IMG/VR virus record: IMGVR_UViG_3300025030_000051
Coordinates: 1 to 64,000 of that record
Strand: one strand, 5' to 3'
Length of the DNA: 64,000 bases
DNA from: a virus
Below, one piece after another: positions 62,819 through 64,000 of this stretch; positions within the stretch are counted from its first letter, which is position 1, and each line of letters begins with the position of its first letter. The notes under the pieces are model-generated. The model saw nothing but the letters and a program-made list of their open reading frames with translations. It was not told the origin of the DNA and searched no databases. A program made the position numbers and the translations under genes.

Positions 62819-63685
62819 TCATATTTCATTCATACCAACACTACACAAATCTTTTTTATTTTTAAATGGACAATAAAAACAATTACGTTTTGATGGATTA
62901 GCTTTATAATCAAAATTTAAGTTATAGTTTCCATTACTATCAAACACGTTATCAACAAAATCAATTAATTCTTTACCAACTTTATTTATTATTCTATCTC
63001 CAGATGGTGGCACAAATCTTTGAACCCTTTTAACTTCATAATCTTGACTTTTGAAAATTTTCTGCTTGAATATCAAAAATTCAACTTTTATTTTGTCTAA
63101 ATCAATATTATTTTGCTCAGCATAGAATTTCTTATATAGTTGCAATTGGGCTCTTTTCATCAAGTCTTTCTTGGCATTTTCTTTCCAGCCTCTATAAGAT
63201 TTCTTAAAATCGTATAAAACATAAGTATTAGAATCAATATGCTTTACAGCACAATCTATTCTTCCTATAAAATTTATATTTGATTTTATTGGTATAGATA
63301 TTTCTATTTCACAACCCAAGAACTCATAGCCCTTTTTTAAGAAATAATCACTTCTTTTTTTCTTAAACCATTCTAAAATTTTAATTCCATCTTTATAGAA
63401 TTCCATCATCTGATCTTTTGATGTAAAATCACCGTACTCAGAATATTGATTAAATATCTCTGACATTTTGTTTAATAAAATTTCGTTAAGATTTAGCTCG
63501 TTAGCAGTCTTTTCACTTTTTTCATAAAAATCAATTAAATATGTTTGTAGTGTATCATTTAATGCTGAGCCAAACAGTGAATGAATATTTACATCTTTTA
63601 CTTTATGTCTATCTATATATAATAACTTCCACTGTAATTGACAGTTTGTAAATACACTAAACTGTGAAAATGAAACGTGCTTCAT
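62819..63685 (-). CDS. PD-(D/E)XK (Cas4/RecB-like) exonuclease
   Basis: SFSQ...C..QW, FGSA, E...G.ID...YDFK, QL..Y, C.YCPF...C. Confidence 0.85.
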   Translation of the reverse strand: MKHVSFSQFSVFTNCQLQWKLLYIDRHKVKDVNIHSLFGSALNDTLQTYLIDFYEKSEKTANELNLNEILLNKMSEIFNQYSEYGDFTSKDQMMEFYKDGIKILEWFKKKRSDYFLKKGYEFLGCEIEISIPIKSNINFIGRIDCAVKHIDSNTYVLYDFKKSYRGWKENAKKDLMKRAQLQLYKKFYAEQNNIDLDKIKVEFLIFKQKIFKSQDYEVKRVQRFVPPSGDRIINKVGKELIDFVDNVFDSNGNYNLNFDYKANPSKRNCFYCPFKNKKDLCSVGMNEI

Positions 63686-64000
63686 TGTATTAATGCCCCA
63701 TTAAAAAATATTCATTTCTAGTTATATATCTGATTTATATATTGTCATAATTTACTGTTAACATATAAAATTAAATCTTCTAAATCTTCTTTTCTTTCAA
63801 CTATCTTTTTTCTATATGATTTTAATTCTTTTTTACTCATATTGTCTATAAAATTAAAGTTTGTCTAATAGATTTGTTCCATAACAATTCCAATTTTCTT
63901 TAGAACAGTCTTCTTTTAATTTTTCTATTCTTTTTAAACTTATTAGTTTTTTTCCATTAAAACTTCAACTTAAATATCTTCTTCTTTATAAATTACAAGT

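Noticed and set aside
8765-62865. Remaining plus-strand ORFs in the track
   Set aside because: Short, motif-free and mostly antisense to well-supported minus-strand genes.
1-64000. Genome-wide TAG reassignment (code 15)
   Set aside because: Long genes are intact in code 11 and several end in TAG next to the following gene (for example 33697, 35763).

Overview
This is a very AT-rich window in which every credible gene lies on the minus strand; the plus-strand ORFs look like shadows. The content fits a large (jumbo-type) tailed phage using genetic code 11, with a possible Ignavibacteriota/Bacteroidota-group host (inference). About 0-20 kb is an early/accessory region with sigma70-like promoters, small hypotheticals, attC-like hairpins overprinted on genes, a DUF6745-like gene followed by a 29x tetrapeptide repeat, a candidate pseudoknotted ncRNA and a decaying tRNA cluster. 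About 23-61 kb is a large sugar-synthesis and glycosylation cluster (gmd, two DegT aminotransferases, epimerase, oxidoreductase, acyl-, carbamoyl- and methyltransferases, about 7 glycosyltransferases). It is interleaved with ClpP, an AAA ATPase, Dam, zinc-ribbon endonucleases (three of four paralogs in the window) and many micro-ORFs. Top finding: the GT4 gene 59667-61145 is split by CTA-TAG-CTA sitting at the base of a 29-position mRNA stem (27 positions paired), a candidate programmed ribosomal stop-hop/bypass site. Second finding: antisense integron-cassette-like (attC) units in a phage genome. All family calls are from motif recognition by eye; no searches were run.
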